Shown: positions 37,486-47,766 of the stretch, one piece after another
Position numbering within the stretch: the first letter of the stretch is position 1
Layout: the number at the start of each line of letters is the position of its first letter
Assembly (NCBI GenBank): GCA_964563645.1
Contig: CAZLXJ010000055.1
Coordinates: forward strand, 6,920-70,919
Direction: 5' to 3'
DNA: 64,000 nt
From: an uncultured Actinomycetota bacterium
GTDB taxonomy: Bacteria; Actinomycetota; Humimicrobiia; Humimicrobiales; Humimicrobiaceae
Notes under the pieces: model-generated
Databases searched by the model: none
What the model was told of the DNA's origin: nothing
What the model saw: the letters and a program-made list of their open reading frames with translations, nothing else
Position numbers and translations under genes: made by a program

Positions 37486-38682
37486 ATGAGTAATACAGCT
37501 ATACTTGCATATTCAGGGGGGCTTGATACATCAATATCCATAAAGTGGATAAAAGATAATTACAGAATGGATGTTATCTGCGCGCTTGTAGACTGCGGCC
37601 AGCCCGGCAACCTGGATGAAGCGTATCAAAGAGCAATGGATGCCGGAGCAAATGAAGCATTCATAATTGACGCAAAGGATGAATTTGTTAATGATTTTAT
37701 ATACCCTTCTATAAAATCAAATGTTAAATATGAGAAGAAATATCCGCTTGCAACGGCAATTGCCAGACCGCTAATAGTTAAAAAACTCGTGGAGCTGGCA
37801 AAATCTAAAGGTGCAGAAGCCGTGGCCCACGGCTGTACCGGAAAGGGCAATGACCAGGTAAGGTTTGATGTGGGTATCAGGACCCTGGCCCCGGATCTAA
37901 AAATAATAGCTCCTCAGAGAGAATGGAACCTTTCGAGGGAGGATGCAATAGAATATGCAAGAAAGAATAATATAAAGATAAATGTTGATAAAAAAAGCCC
38001 TTACAGCATAGATGAAAACTTCTGGGGGAGGAGCATAGAATGCGGGGTACTGGAAGATCCATGGGAAGAGCCGCCTGAAGAGATATATAAATGGACTAAA
38101 ATAATCAGGGACACAAAAGATTATGAATATATTGAGCTGGATTTTGATAATGGCATACCTGTAGCGCTGAACGGAAAAAGTTTATCAGGGATAGACCTGA
38201 TAATGAATTTAAACCGGCAGGCAGGGAAATACGGTATAGGCAGGGTAGATGTGGTGGAAAACCGTCTTATAGGCATAAAATCAAGGGAAATTTATGAATC
38301 ACCTGCAGCTGAAATACTTATAGAAGCTCACAGACAGCTGGAATCAATGGTCCTTGACAGGGAGCTGCTGCACTATAAATACCTTATTGAAGAAAAAATG
38401 GCGGAGATTATATACTACGGACTATGGTTTACTCCTCTAAGAAAATGCCTGATGTCGTTTGTAGATGAAAGTCAGCATTACATAACCGGCAAATTAAAAA
38501 TAAGGCTGGAGTATAAGAATTTCAGGATAACGGGCAGGAAGTCGGATTATTCACTTTATGATAGGGATCTGGCAACTTATGATAGGAAGGATAAATTTGA
38601 TCCGGTCCATTCGGAAAGTTTCATAAGAATATTCGGTTACCCTTATGAAATACTGGGCAGAAAAGGGAGAATAAATGAATAA
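37486..38682 (+). CDS. argG: Argininosuccinate synthase
   Basis: AYSGGLDTS, AHGCTGKGNDQVRF. Confidence 0.95.
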   Translation: MSNTAILAYSGGLDTSISIKWIKDNYRMDVICALVDCGQPGNLDEAYQRAMDAGANEAFIIDAKDEFVNDFIYPSIKSNVKYEKKYPLATAIARPLIVKKLVELAKSKGAEAVAHGCTGKGNDQVRFDVGIRTLAPDLKIIAPQREWNLSREDAIEYARKNNIKINVDKKSPYSIDENFWGRSIECGVLEDPWEEPPEEIYKWTKIIRDTKDYEYIELDFDNGIPVALNGKSLSGIDLIMNLNRQAGKYGIGRVDVVENRLIGIKSREIYESPAAEILIEAHRQLESMVLDRELLHYKYLIEEKMAEIIYYGLWFTPLRKCLMSFVDESQHYITGKLKIRLEYKNFRITGRKSDYSLYDRDLATYDRKDKFDPVHSESFIRIFGYPYEILGRKGRINE

Positions 38683-40141
38683 AATATGGAAAGGTCGAAT
38701 TAAGAGTGACACAGACCGGGCAGTGGAAAATTTTACTCATTCTATAGGCATAGACAGCGCTCTTTACCTTTACGATATGATGGGTACCGCAGCCCACGTG
38801 ATAGGACTTAGAAAATTAGGGATAATAAGCAGTGAGGAATTAAAGATAATAATAGGAGGACTTGCAGGACTTAAGCAGGAAATCGAAAAAGGGCGTATTG
38901 AAATAGATAAATATGAAGATATCCACAGCCTTATTGAAAATGAATTGTATTCAATGATAGGCGGTCCTGCCCTGAAGGTCCATACTGGAAGAAGCAGGAA
39001 CGACCAGATTGTACTGGATGAAAAATTATTTTGCAGGGATATTATAATCTCGCTCATGGGAGAGGTTATAAGTCTTATGGGCTGCATCATTGATATATCA
39101 GCGGAACAAATCGGTACTGCTTTCCCTGCATATACCCACATGCAGAAGGCACAACCCGCATATCTCGCGCATTACCTTCTTTCATATTTTGAAAAGCTTG
39201 CAAGGGACTGCAGCAGACTCAGCCATGCTTTTGAAAACTGTGATTATATGCCACTGGGGGCAGCAGCATGCGCAGGAAGCGGCTACAAGCTTGATATGGA
39301 GATGCTTGCAGGGATACTGAGGTTTAAGAATATAAGCTCAAACAGCATGGATATAGTTGGTGACAGGGATTTTATCGTAGATCTTGTATATAGCTGCAGT
39401 ATGATTATGATTCATCTTTCCAGATTCAGCGAAGATCTTATAATATACAATTCAAATGAGTTTTCTTACATAGATATTGAAGAATCTTTCTGCACGGGAA
39501 GCAGTATAATGCCCCAGAAGAAAAACCCGGACGTTCTTGAACTGATAAGAGGAAAAAGTTCGCTTGTAACGGGGAATCTGATGCAGATAATGATGATGTT
39601 AAAAGCACTTCCTTCCACTTATAACAGGGACCTTCAGGAAGATAAAAAAGTCCTTTTCGATGCAGTTGGAGAAACTGCAAGAAGCATATCTATTTTTTCG
39701 GAACTTATAAAGAAAATAATATTTAATAAAAATATCATCAAAGAAAAATTAAAGGATGGTTTTATAGAAGCTACAGATATGGCTGATTATCTGGTATCGA
39801 GAGGGGAAGCCTTCAGGAATGCCCACAAAGTAACCGGTAAAATTATAAATTACTGCATTGAAAACAATAAAAAAATTGGAGAACTTACAATTGATGAATT
39901 AAAAGGATTCTCAAAGCTTTTTGAAGATGATATATATGAACATATAAATCTCCAATCGTGCATGGAATCAAAGATAACCGGCTGTGGGACTTCGAAAAAA
40001 TCTGTTAGGGAAAATATCAGGAAAGGAAGAAAAAAAATTAAATCTTTAAATAAATTACTGCAGGACCTTAAGGCAAGAACAGTTGATTTTGAAAGTATTA
40101 TTGAAAAGGCAGAAGATATTTACCCGGATAAAGGTGAATAA
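38675..40141 (+). CDS. argH: Argininosuccinate lyase
   Basis: MNKIWKGR, HTGRSRNDQ, GSSIMPQKKNPD. Confidence 0.95.
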   Translation: MNKIWKGRIKSDTDRAVENFTHSIGIDSALYLYDMMGTAAHVIGLRKLGIISSEELKIIIGGLAGLKQEIEKGRIEIDKYEDIHSLIENELYSMIGGPALKVHTGRSRNDQIVLDEKLFCRDIIISLMGEVISLMGCIIDISAEQIGTAFPAYTHMQKAQPAYLAHYLLSYFEKLARDCSRLSHAFENCDYMPLGAAACAGSGYKLDMEMLAGILRFKNISSNSMDIVGDRDFIVDLVYSCSMIMIHLSRFSEDLIIYNSNEFSYIDIEESFCTGSSIMPQKKNPDVLELIRGKSSLVTGNLMQIMMMLKALPSTYNRDLQEDKKVLFDAVGETARSISIFSELIKKIIFNKNIIKEKLKDGFIEATDMADYLVSRGEAFRNAHKVTGKIINYCIENNKKIGELTIDELKGFSKLFEDDIYEHINLQSCMESKITGCGTSKKSVRENIRKGRKKIKSLNKLLQDLKARTVDFESIIEKAEDIYPDKGE

Positions 40142-40143
40142 TC

Positions 40144-41036
40144 ATGAAATGGAAGGATATATTCAATCTTGGTATAGAAATGGGCCAGGACTGCGACATA
40201 AGAAATATTGACAAACCAGGCAGCTACAGCAGAATTTATTCGGACTGTTCCATTATATATGGAAATGGTGACAGTGAAATAAATAAAATATATGCAGCAG
40301 TTGATGCTGGCGTGTCAGAGCTGCTTCTGGTTAATGAGTTAAATAAAAGGGGCTCTGATATTGACGGAGTGCTGGTACATCACCCTACGGCAGCAGGTGC
40401 ATATAATCTTACCGGAGTAGTTGAATTGCAAAAATTTAACTGGGAAAAGACAGGCGTGGATCCGAGAATAGCCGATAAAATCTATGAAAGCATGATAGAT
40501 GACGAAGCTATCGAGTTAAAAGAGAAAAACTTTCTGGATGTAAAAAGTGCGGCAGAATTTCTGGGCATCCCTGTTATGTGCATGCATACTGCAATAGATA
40601 ATATAGTCCAGGTTTTTTTGAAAACTTTTTTATAGATAAAAAATTATGGAGATTAAAGGATGTTTTAAGAGAATTTAATAAAATTTACGAATGCTCACAG
40701 GCTTCGGCCATGGGTGATGAACCATATATTATAGGAGATAATATCAAATCATATACCGGCAGGATAATGGTGGATATGACCGGGGGGATAGATCCTGATT
40801 CAAAGATATTTTATTATTTGAAAAAGGCGGGGATAAATACACTGATTGCCATGCACTACAGTCAGGATAATGTAAAATCTATACGTGAGAATAAAATAAA
40901 TGCAGTGATTACTGGCCACATGGCAGGTGATTCAATAGGGCTTAATAAATTTTGCGACAGGTTGGAAGAGAGAGGGCTGGAGATAGTTCAGGGATCAGGA
41001 TTTTATAGATACAGGAGAGGTAAGGATAAAATATAA
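40144..41036 (+). pseudogene. NIF3/DUF34-family (dinuclear metal centre) gene split into two ORFs (40144-40635, 40710-41036) by a frameshift at a T7 tract
   Basis: The N-terminal ORF carries VLVHHP and the C-terminal ORF carries AVITGHMAGDS. The downstream frame is open from 40602, and a -1 shift at 40613-40619 fuses the two. Confidence 0.6.
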
Positions 41037-41058
41037 TTCAAAAACCCGTTCTTACCTG

Positions 41059-43914
41059 TTATTCAGCCTCATCTTCAGCATCTTCCGTAGATTCTTCCGG
41101 TATTTCCAGCTCAATTGTTACCTCTGACCCGTAACCAAGATACTGGCCGCCCTCCGGATCCTGGGATATTACTTCTCCATCTTCTGCATCATCTGGAATT
41201 ATCAGAACCGTAAAACCGGCATCTTCGAGTATCTCCACTGCATCTTCAAGTTCCATACCGCCTACACCGGGAACCAAAATCCCGCTGCTTATCCTTATTA
41301 TTATTTCTGACTTTTTATTATATGAAGTACTGCTTTCGGGAATCTGGGAAAAAACTTTTCCAATTTCTTTTTTACTATCTTCATATATCACATCTATATT
41401 TTCAAAACCATTTGAAGAAAGTACCGACAAAGCTTCCTCTTCTGTAAGCCCTATAACATCCGGTATCTCACCCTCGGGATTCTCTCCTTTGCTTATATAT
41501 AATTTTACTTCTGTGGATGGGGTAACCTGTGATCCGCCGGCCGGGCTCTGTCTGAATATAATGTCAACAGGGTTATCATCATTGAATTGATAAATGATTT
41601 CACTTATTTCCATATCAAACGACTTAAGGATATCTCTGGCACGGCCCATATCAAGCCCGGTAAGATCAGGCATTTTAAAAGTCTTCTCACCCTTGCTTAC
41701 ATAGAGTATTATGCTAAGTTTTTCTCCGGTAAGAGATTCAAGGAAGGACCCTGCCTCCGGACTCTGATCAAATATTATCCCACTGTTATAAGTATCATTA
41801 AATTCGCGGACTTCAGTAATCTCAATAAAAAGTTCATCTAAAATCTTTTTTGCCTCTTCAATACTAATACCCCTGACATCGGGGACCTCAACCCTGTTAT
41901 GCACGTCACATGTTTCCAGGGGTTCATTTCCTTTGACAAAGATCTTCCATGCCAGTTTTTCTTCGGGACACCATAGGACCGGTAAAAGTCCTGATTCACT
42001 GCATATCTCTATATCTATTAATTCGCCTTCCGGACTTTTAAAATCTGTTATATCTTTATCTTCCAGGGCAGACAGCATAAATTCACGCCATATGTCAGCA
42101 GGATATGTGCCTCCTACAACAACACGGCCGTTTATGGGCTCCATTGGATCGCTGCTTCCAGGGTTTCCCATCCAGACTACAGTAACCAGCTCCGGCGTGT
42201 AGCCTGCAAACCAGGCATCCTTATAGTCTGTTGTAGTTCCTGTCTTACCCGCTGCAGGTCTTCCGATATTGGCGCCACTGCCGGTACCGGACTCAATGAC
42301 TTTTTTAAGGATCCTGGTGATATAATGAGCCTGCGGCTCTTCAAGAATCCTGGTAGTGATGCCTTCTTCAGAATCATCATTCTGATATAAGATGTTCCCT
42401 TCAGAATCAGTTATTTTAAGTATGGTAACCGGTCGGTGATATAATCCTCCGGATGCAAGTGTTGAAAACATTTTGCTTATATCAAGAGGGGTAACACCTA
42501 CTTCCAATCCGCCAAGAGCAATAGCCGGATTGCTTCCTATATCGCTGATTTCCATCTGGCTGCATAGGGATTCGACATTCTCAGCACCAATTTCCATTAT
42601 AAGCTGTGCGTATACTACATTAACGGAATGGACTGTGCCGTCTGCAACGGAAATATTCTCACCAAACTTCTGTCCGCCATAGTTATCAACTATCCAGTCA
42701 GGACCTTCAGGCATATCTATTGTTATGGGCCCATCAGGGTTAAACTCATTTTTTGCAGAAAAGCCCTGCCTGACCGATTCCATAAGGACTGCTGTCTTGA
42801 AAACAGAACCCGGCTGTCTTTTACCCTGGGTTGCAATATTAAATTTACTTTCGGAATAATCCTTCCCGCCTATGAGTGTGTATATATATCCATTACCGGG
42901 ATCCGAGCAGATTAAAGAATAAGAAGGTTTTATTTCATCGGGGAAGACATTCAGCACGGCCTTTTCCGCTTTTTTCTGGAGGTCTGTATCGAGGGTGGTA
43001 TAGATCCTTAAGCCGCCTTTGAAAACATCATAATCATTGAATTTTTGTTCGTACAGCTGTTGTTTGACGAAATCTATAAAATAAGGGGCAAACCTTTTCC
43101 CGGATGCGGCATTTGATAAATTGAGTCCTTCACTGCTTATTATTACAGGTTCTGCAAGGGAGTCTATATATTCGTTTGAATTAATATAACCCTGCTCATA
43201 CATCACTTTAAGGACAAGATTCCTCCGCTGCTTTGCTTTTTCAACACTGTTAAAAGGAGAATATATTTCCGGTGATTGTACCAGGCCTGCAAGCAATGCC
43301 GCTTCCGGTAAGTTTAGACTTGCGGCATTCTTACCAAGATAGACCTGTGAGGCTTTTTCTATTCCATAAGTACCGGATCCAAAATAGACAGTATTTAAAT
43401 ACATCTCCAGTATCTTGTCTTTTGTATAATGCCTTTCAAGCTGTATCGCTATCAATGCTTCATTGATCTTGCGCCTCCAGGATTTTTCAGGTGAAAAATA
43501 AATATTTTTTATGAGCTGCTGTGTTATGGTGCTTCCTCCCTGAGCAAGTTCACCCGCCCTTATGTCGGCAATTGCCGCTCCTATGATCCTTATGTAATCT
43601 ACACCCTGATGATCATAGAATCTTTTGTCCTCGACAGCTACAATAGCGTCTTTTATTTTATCGGAAACCATGCTGAAGGGTACTATCTCCCTGTTCTCTT
43701 CTGCATGGAACTCCGTTATAAGATTACCGTCTATGTCATATAATTTTGAGGTCTGGGCTATGGGCGAAGGTGTAAGCTCTTCCAGCGTGGGAAGGGAGTT
43801 TATATATATGATAGATATTATTATGCTCAGGCCTGCAATTATTATAATCATTGCAGCAGCAAATATTAGAAAAATCCTGAGGCACCCGCCTGCTTTTTTT
43901 CCGCCTGAAATCAT
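41059..43914 (-). CDS. Class A penicillin-binding protein (glycosyltransferase + transpeptidase) with four C-terminal PASTA repeats
   Basis: GT51 motifs (EDKRFYDHQGVD, GGSTITQQL, RKINE), transpeptidase SVFK and KTGTT, then 4 PASTA-like repeats and an acidic tail. ATG at 43914 has a GGAAGG RBS (track TTG at 43932). Confidence 0.9.
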   Translation of the reverse strand: MISGGKKAGGCLRIFLIFAAAMIIIIAGLSIIISIIYINSLPTLEELTPSPIAQTSKLYDIDGNLITEFHAEENREIVPFSMVSDKIKDAIVAVEDKRFYDHQGVDYIRIIGAAIADIRAGELAQGGSTITQQLIKNIYFSPEKSWRRKINEALIAIQLERHYTKDKILEMYLNTVYFGSGTYGIEKASQVYLGKNAASLNLPEAALLAGLVQSPEIYSPFNSVEKAKQRRNLVLKVMYEQGYINSNEYIDSLAEPVIISSEGLNLSNAASGKRFAPYFIDFVKQQLYEQKFNDYDVFKGGLRIYTTLDTDLQKKAEKAVLNVFPDEIKPSYSLICSDPGNGYIYTLIGGKDYSESKFNIATQGKRQPGSVFKTAVLMESVRQGFSAKNEFNPDGPITIDMPEGPDWIVDNYGGQKFGENISVADGTVHSVNVVYAQLIMEIGAENVESLCSQMEISDIGSNPAIALGGLEVGVTPLDISKMFSTLASGGLYHRPVTILKITDSEGNILYQNDDSEEGITTRILEEPQAHYITRILKKVIESGTGSGANIGRPAAGKTGTTTDYKDAWFAGYTPELVTVVWMGNPGSSDPMEPINGRVVVGGTYPADIWREFMLSALEDKDITDFKSPEGELIDIEICSESGLLPVLWCPEEKLAWKIFVKGNEPLETCDVHNRVEVPDVRGISIEEAKKILDELFIEITEVREFNDTYNSGIIFDQSPEAGSFLESLTGEKLSIILYVSKGEKTFKMPDLTGLDMGRARDILKSFDMEISEIIYQFNDDNPVDIIFRQSPAGGSQVTPSTEVKLYISKGENPEGEIPDVIGLTEEEALSVLSSNGFENIDVIYEDSKKEIGKVFSQIPESSTSYNKKSEIIIRISSGILVPGVGGMELEDAVEILEDAGFTVLIIPDDAEDGEVISQDPEGGQYLGYGSEVTIELEIPEESTEDAEDEAE

Positions 43915-44125
43915 AAATACCTTCCATATCAATTTTTCTGAACTTAAGGAATATTATATAAAATTTAATCAAATATCAATAACATGCAATTTTCTGCCAA
44001 TCATATAAGGATTTTAAAAAATAAAGGGAAGATATGCATGGTTTGATGATGTAAATAGACATTATAAGCTGGCCTGTGTTAATATTTAACCTGATTTTAA
44101 ATTATTGTAATTTATAAGGCAGGAT

Positions 44126-45358
44126 ATGGAGAAGGATTTAAAAAAACAGCTGCAAATTATAAGGATGGGTGCGGAAGATATATTAACTGCAGAAGAGCTG
44201 GAAAGGATTGTAGAGGATTCGATAGCAAAAAACATTCCCTTAAAGGTAAAGCTGGGTCTCGATCCCACGGCTCCAGATATTCATCTCGGGCATACTGTCG
44301 TACTTAATAAACTCAGACATTTTCAGGACCTTGGCCATAAAGCTGTATTGATAATCGGTGATTATACTGCAAGAATAGGGGACCCGTCGGGACGCTCTTC
44401 GCTGAGACCCGAACTATCTAATGAAGAAATTGATAAAAATGCAAAGACTTATATGAAACAGGCTTTTAAAATACTGGATTCTAAAAGAACCGAACTGGTT
44501 AAAAATTCAGAGTGGCTGAAGAAGCTTTCATTTGAAGATATACTTGGCCTGACATCACGCTTTACAGTTGCAAGAATGCTGGAAAGGGATGACTTCAAGA
44601 AAAGGTTTAAAGGGAATATGCCAATCGCCATTATGGAATTTCTATATCCCATTATGCAGGCGTACGATTCAGTAGCAGTCAGTGCGGATATCGAGCTGGG
44701 TGGAACCGATCAAAGATTTAACCTGCTTATGGGAAGAGAACTGCAGAAAGATATGGGTCAGAGGCCACAGATTGCAGTTACAATGCCTATTCTTGCAGGT
44801 ACTGATGGTATAGAAAAGATGAGTAAAAGTCTGGGAAATTATATAGGTATAGACGAAAAGCCTGCCGAAATATTCGGAAAGATTATGTCAATTCCGGATA
44901 ATATTATGATTGATTATTTTAAGCTGCTTACTGGATTAAGCCCGGTTGAAATTTATGATATTGAATCAGATATTAAAAAAGGCAGCAGCAATCCTTCAAT
45001 TGTTAAAAGGAGGCTTTCAAGGATAATAATAGAATATTTGTACAGCAGTGATGATGCAGAAAAAGCTGAAAAAAAATTCGACCTCATATTTAAAAGGAAA
45101 GAAATCCCCAATGATATTGAAAAATTCCAGTTAAGAAGAGATATGGCAAATAATAATAAAATCTGGATAGTAAAACTTCTGGTTGATTCGGGGATGGCAA
45201 AGTCAAACGGGCAAGCAAGAAGGCTTATCTCTCAGGGGGCCGTAAAAATAAATGGGGGAAAAATAGATAATGAAAACCTTGAGCTGGAAATCGGCAGGCT
45301 AAATGGGAAAGTATTGCAGAAAGGTAAGAGACATTTTAAAAAAATCATAAGCAGTTGA
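44126..45358 (+). CDS. tyrS: Tyrosyl-tRNA synthetase
   Basis: HLGH, KMSKS, C-terminal S4-like domain. Confidence 0.95.
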   Translation: MEKDLKKQLQIIRMGAEDILTAEELERIVEDSIAKNIPLKVKLGLDPTAPDIHLGHTVVLNKLRHFQDLGHKAVLIIGDYTARIGDPSGRSSLRPELSNEEIDKNAKTYMKQAFKILDSKRTELVKNSEWLKKLSFEDILGLTSRFTVARMLERDDFKKRFKGNMPIAIMEFLYPIMQAYDSVAVSADIELGGTDQRFNLLMGRELQKDMGQRPQIAVTMPILAGTDGIEKMSKSLGNYIGIDEKPAEIFGKIMSIPDNIMIDYFKLLTGLSPVEIYDIESDIKKGSSNPSIVKRRLSRIIIEYLYSSDDAEKAEKKFDLIFKRKEIPNDIEKFQLRRDMANNNKIWIVKLLVDSGMAKSNGQARRLISQGAVKINGGKIDNENLELEIGRLNGKVLQKGKRHFKKIISS

Positions 45359-45444
45359 ACTGTTAGCCTTTTTTTAATTAAAATATGTATAGTAAAATAT
45401 AATATATAAAATAATTTTGTGCCTGTTTATAAAAATATCAGATT

Positions 45445-45915
45445 ATGTCAAAACCCAGAAAAAAAAGAAATGTACTGTATCCGCCCAGAATGGATTACTT
45501 TGCACCCCATGGCTGCAGGCCGTTAAAGAAGATCAATGAAGTTATACTGACAATTGATGAATATGAATCAATAAGACTGGCTGATCATGAAAACCTGAAG
45601 CAGGAAGATGCTGCCAAAAAGATGAATATATCCAGACCAACTTTTACAAGGCTTGTAGATGCTGCAAGGAAAAAAATTGCAGATGCAATGGTTAACGGAA
45701 AGGTAATCAGAATAGAGGGCGGAAACTATATTTTTTTAAGGAACAGAATGAGGTGCGTGGCATGCGGCAATATATGGGATACTGTCATCAGCAACAATGA
45801 TGAATTCTGTCCGTCCTGCAACAGTGAAAATATTGAGGATCTGGGAAGAAGATTCGGAAGAGGGAGGGCTCGCGGGCGCGGTTCCGGAAGAAAACAGGGA
45901 GGGCCGGCCAGATAA
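45445..45915 (+). CDS. DUF134 (UPF0251) predicted DNA-binding protein, copy 1, with zinc ribbon and RG-rich tail
   Basis: LTIDEYESIRLADHENLKQEDAAKKMNISRPTFTRLVDAARKKIADAMVNGKVIRIEGG, CVACG..CPSC, then GRRFGRGRARGRGSGRKQGG. Confidence 0.8.
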   Translation: MSKPRKKRNVLYPPRMDYFAPHGCRPLKKINEVILTIDEYESIRLADHENLKQEDAAKKMNISRPTFTRLVDAARKKIADAMVNGKVIRIEGGNYIFLRNRMRCVACGNIWDTVISNNDEFCPSCNSENIEDLGRRFGRGRARGRGSGRKQGGPAR

Positions 45916-46012
45916 AGGTCTTTTCTCTGGTTAAAGATCTGTTTATCAAATAGTTCTTTATTGATTAATTATGGGCATATACTCAAAATATGTTATAATG
46001 TGTTAAAAAATC

Positions 46013-46861
46013 ATGAATATGAAAAACAATAAAATAAAGCTCACAATAATAATTGATAATTATGTAAGGTCCTCGGGATTAAAGGCAGAACACGGCTGGT
46101 CCATGATGATAGAAAACGGAAAGGAAAAGATACTATTTGATACCGGAGCGAGCGATCTTGTATTACATAATCTGAGATACCTTGGTTTTGAACCGCAGAT
46201 AATTGATAAAATTTTCATAAGCCATGGACATTATGATCATACAGGCGGACTGTATGATATTACAAAACTGGCAGAAAAAGAGGTAGAAATTTTTGCGCAT
46301 GAAAATATATTTGAAAAAAAATACAAGCTGACAAAACAATTAAAGAAAAAATATATAGGCATACCTTACAACAGGGAAAAATATATTGAAAATGATGTAA
46401 AGTTCAGACTTGAGAGAGGCTCAATAAGGATTTCTGAAAATATATATTCAACGGGAGAGATCGAAAAAACAGTATCATTTGAAAAACCAGAAATAAATAT
46501 GATTAAGAAAAAGAACGGCATATATATAAATGACAGCCTTATAGATGATACCGGTATAATAATTGAAACTTCAAGAGGAGCGGTACTTATTACAGGATGT
46601 GCTCATAGAGGAATAATAAATATAATAAAACAGGCGCAGAGATTATCGGGGAAAGACTCATTTTTTGCCGTAATAGGAGGTTTCCACCTCTTTAATAAAG
46701 ATAAAAAGTATATTGGCAAAGTTATTTCCGAATTAAGAAAAATAAAGATTGATAAAATTATACCATCTCACTGTACAGGCTATAATGGATATTTTGAAAT
46801 AAAGAAGGAGTTTGGTACAAAATGCGAGTTCGGATATACCGGTAAAAAGATTATTCTATAA
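46013..46861 (+). CDS. MBL-fold metallo-hydrolase (COG1237-like)
   Basis: LTIIIDN..GLKAEHGWS..LFDTG..ISHGHYDHTGG..GCAHRG..PSHCTG. Confidence 0.8.
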   Translation: MNMKNNKIKLTIIIDNYVRSSGLKAEHGWSMMIENGKEKILFDTGASDLVLHNLRYLGFEPQIIDKIFISHGHYDHTGGLYDITKLAEKEVEIFAHENIFEKKYKLTKQLKKKYIGIPYNREKYIENDVKFRLERGSIRISENIYSTGEIEKTVSFEKPEINMIKKKNGIYINDSLIDDTGIIIETSRGAVLITGCAHRGIINIIKQAQRLSGKDSFFAVIGGFHLFNKDKKYIGKVISELRKIKIDKIIPSHCTGYNGYFEIKKEFGTKCEFGYTGKKIIL

Positions 46862-46892
46862 ATAAAATTATAACTCTGAAGAAAGGCGGAAC

Positions 46893-47276
46893 TTGAAAAT
46901 AGCAATACCAGTTGAAAGCGGCAGGGTGGCAGAACATTTTGGCAGGTGCCCAAAGTTTATTGTTGTAGATATATCAGATGGAAAAATTAAAAGCAGGGAA
47001 AACATTGACAACCCCGGACATAGCCCCGGCTTGCTTCCTGATTATTTTAACAGTATGAATATAGGTACTGTTGTCGCCGGCGGAATGGGTATGAGGGCAA
47101 AAGAATTATTTCAGAATAAAAAAATTAATGTAATGCTGGGAATAAAAGGGAAGATAGATGATGTGATAGCAGACCTTTTAAATAATACCCTGAATGCTGG
47201 TGAGAGTCCCTGCATACCGGGTTCAGGAAAGGGTTATGGGCTGGAAAAAAATGAGTGTGACCATGAAAGAGAATAA
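46893..47276 (+). CDS. NifX/NifB-family (dinitrogenase FeMo-cofactor-binding domain) small protein, copy 1
   Basis: MKIAIPVESGRVAEHFGRCPKFIVVD..VVAGGMGMRA. TTG start. Confidence 0.8.
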   Translation: MKIAIPVESGRVAEHFGRCPKFIVVDISDGKIKSRENIDNPGHSPGLLPDYFNSMNIGTVVAGGMGMRAKELFQNKKINVMLGIKGKIDDVIADLLNNTLNAGESPCIPGSGKGYGLEKNECDHERE

Positions 47277-47297
47277 CTAAAGGAAAGGGAGGCCAAT

Positions 47298-47735
47298 ATG
47301 AGTGCAAGGCCATTTATAGATAAAATCGTAACGACAGTGCCTCTGTATGTTTATTATAAACCCCATGGCATACCTCTTGAAAAGCTGAAAGAGGAGACAC
47401 TTAACCTTGAAGAGATTGAAGCTTTGAACCTTAAAGACAGCCAGGACCTCGACCAGAAAAGCGCAGCTGAAAATATGGGAATATCCAGATCTACTTTTCA
47501 AAGGCTTTTAAAATCTGCAAGGAAAAAAATAATAAATTCCATCATAGAGGGGAAAGCAATAAAGTTTGAAGGTGGAAATTACATCAAAGGTAAAGAAATA
47601 AAGAGGACAAAATGTCTGAAAGGCATTTATCATTACAGGATAAGGAGTAATGATATAGGTGAAAAAGAGCAGAAATATAAAATAAGTAAAATAAGATGTC
47701 CTGAATGCGGTAAAAGATTAATCGATTTTATTTAA
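47298..47735 (+). CDS. DUF134 (UPF0251) predicted DNA-binding protein, copy 2, with C-terminal zinc ribbon
   Basis: LNLEEIEALNLKDSQDLDQKSAAENMGISRSTFQRLLKSARKKIINSIIEGKAIKFEGG. CPECGK near the C-terminus. Confidence 0.8.
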   Translation: MSARPFIDKIVTTVPLYVYYKPHGIPLEKLKEETLNLEEIEALNLKDSQDLDQKSAAENMGISRSTFQRLLKSARKKIINSIIEGKAIKFEGGNYIKGKEIKRTKCLKGIYHYRIRSNDIGEKEQKYKISKIRCPECGKRLIDFI

Positions 47736-47766
47736 TGATATTTATACGACAGTATAAGGGGGGAGA

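Noticed and set aside
43933-44125. Possible T-box riboswitch upstream of tyrS (also checked upstream of thrS and pheS)
   Set aside because: No T-box consensus (AATTAGGGTGGTACCGCG-like) or terminator/antiterminator pair is visible, and the leaders are short.
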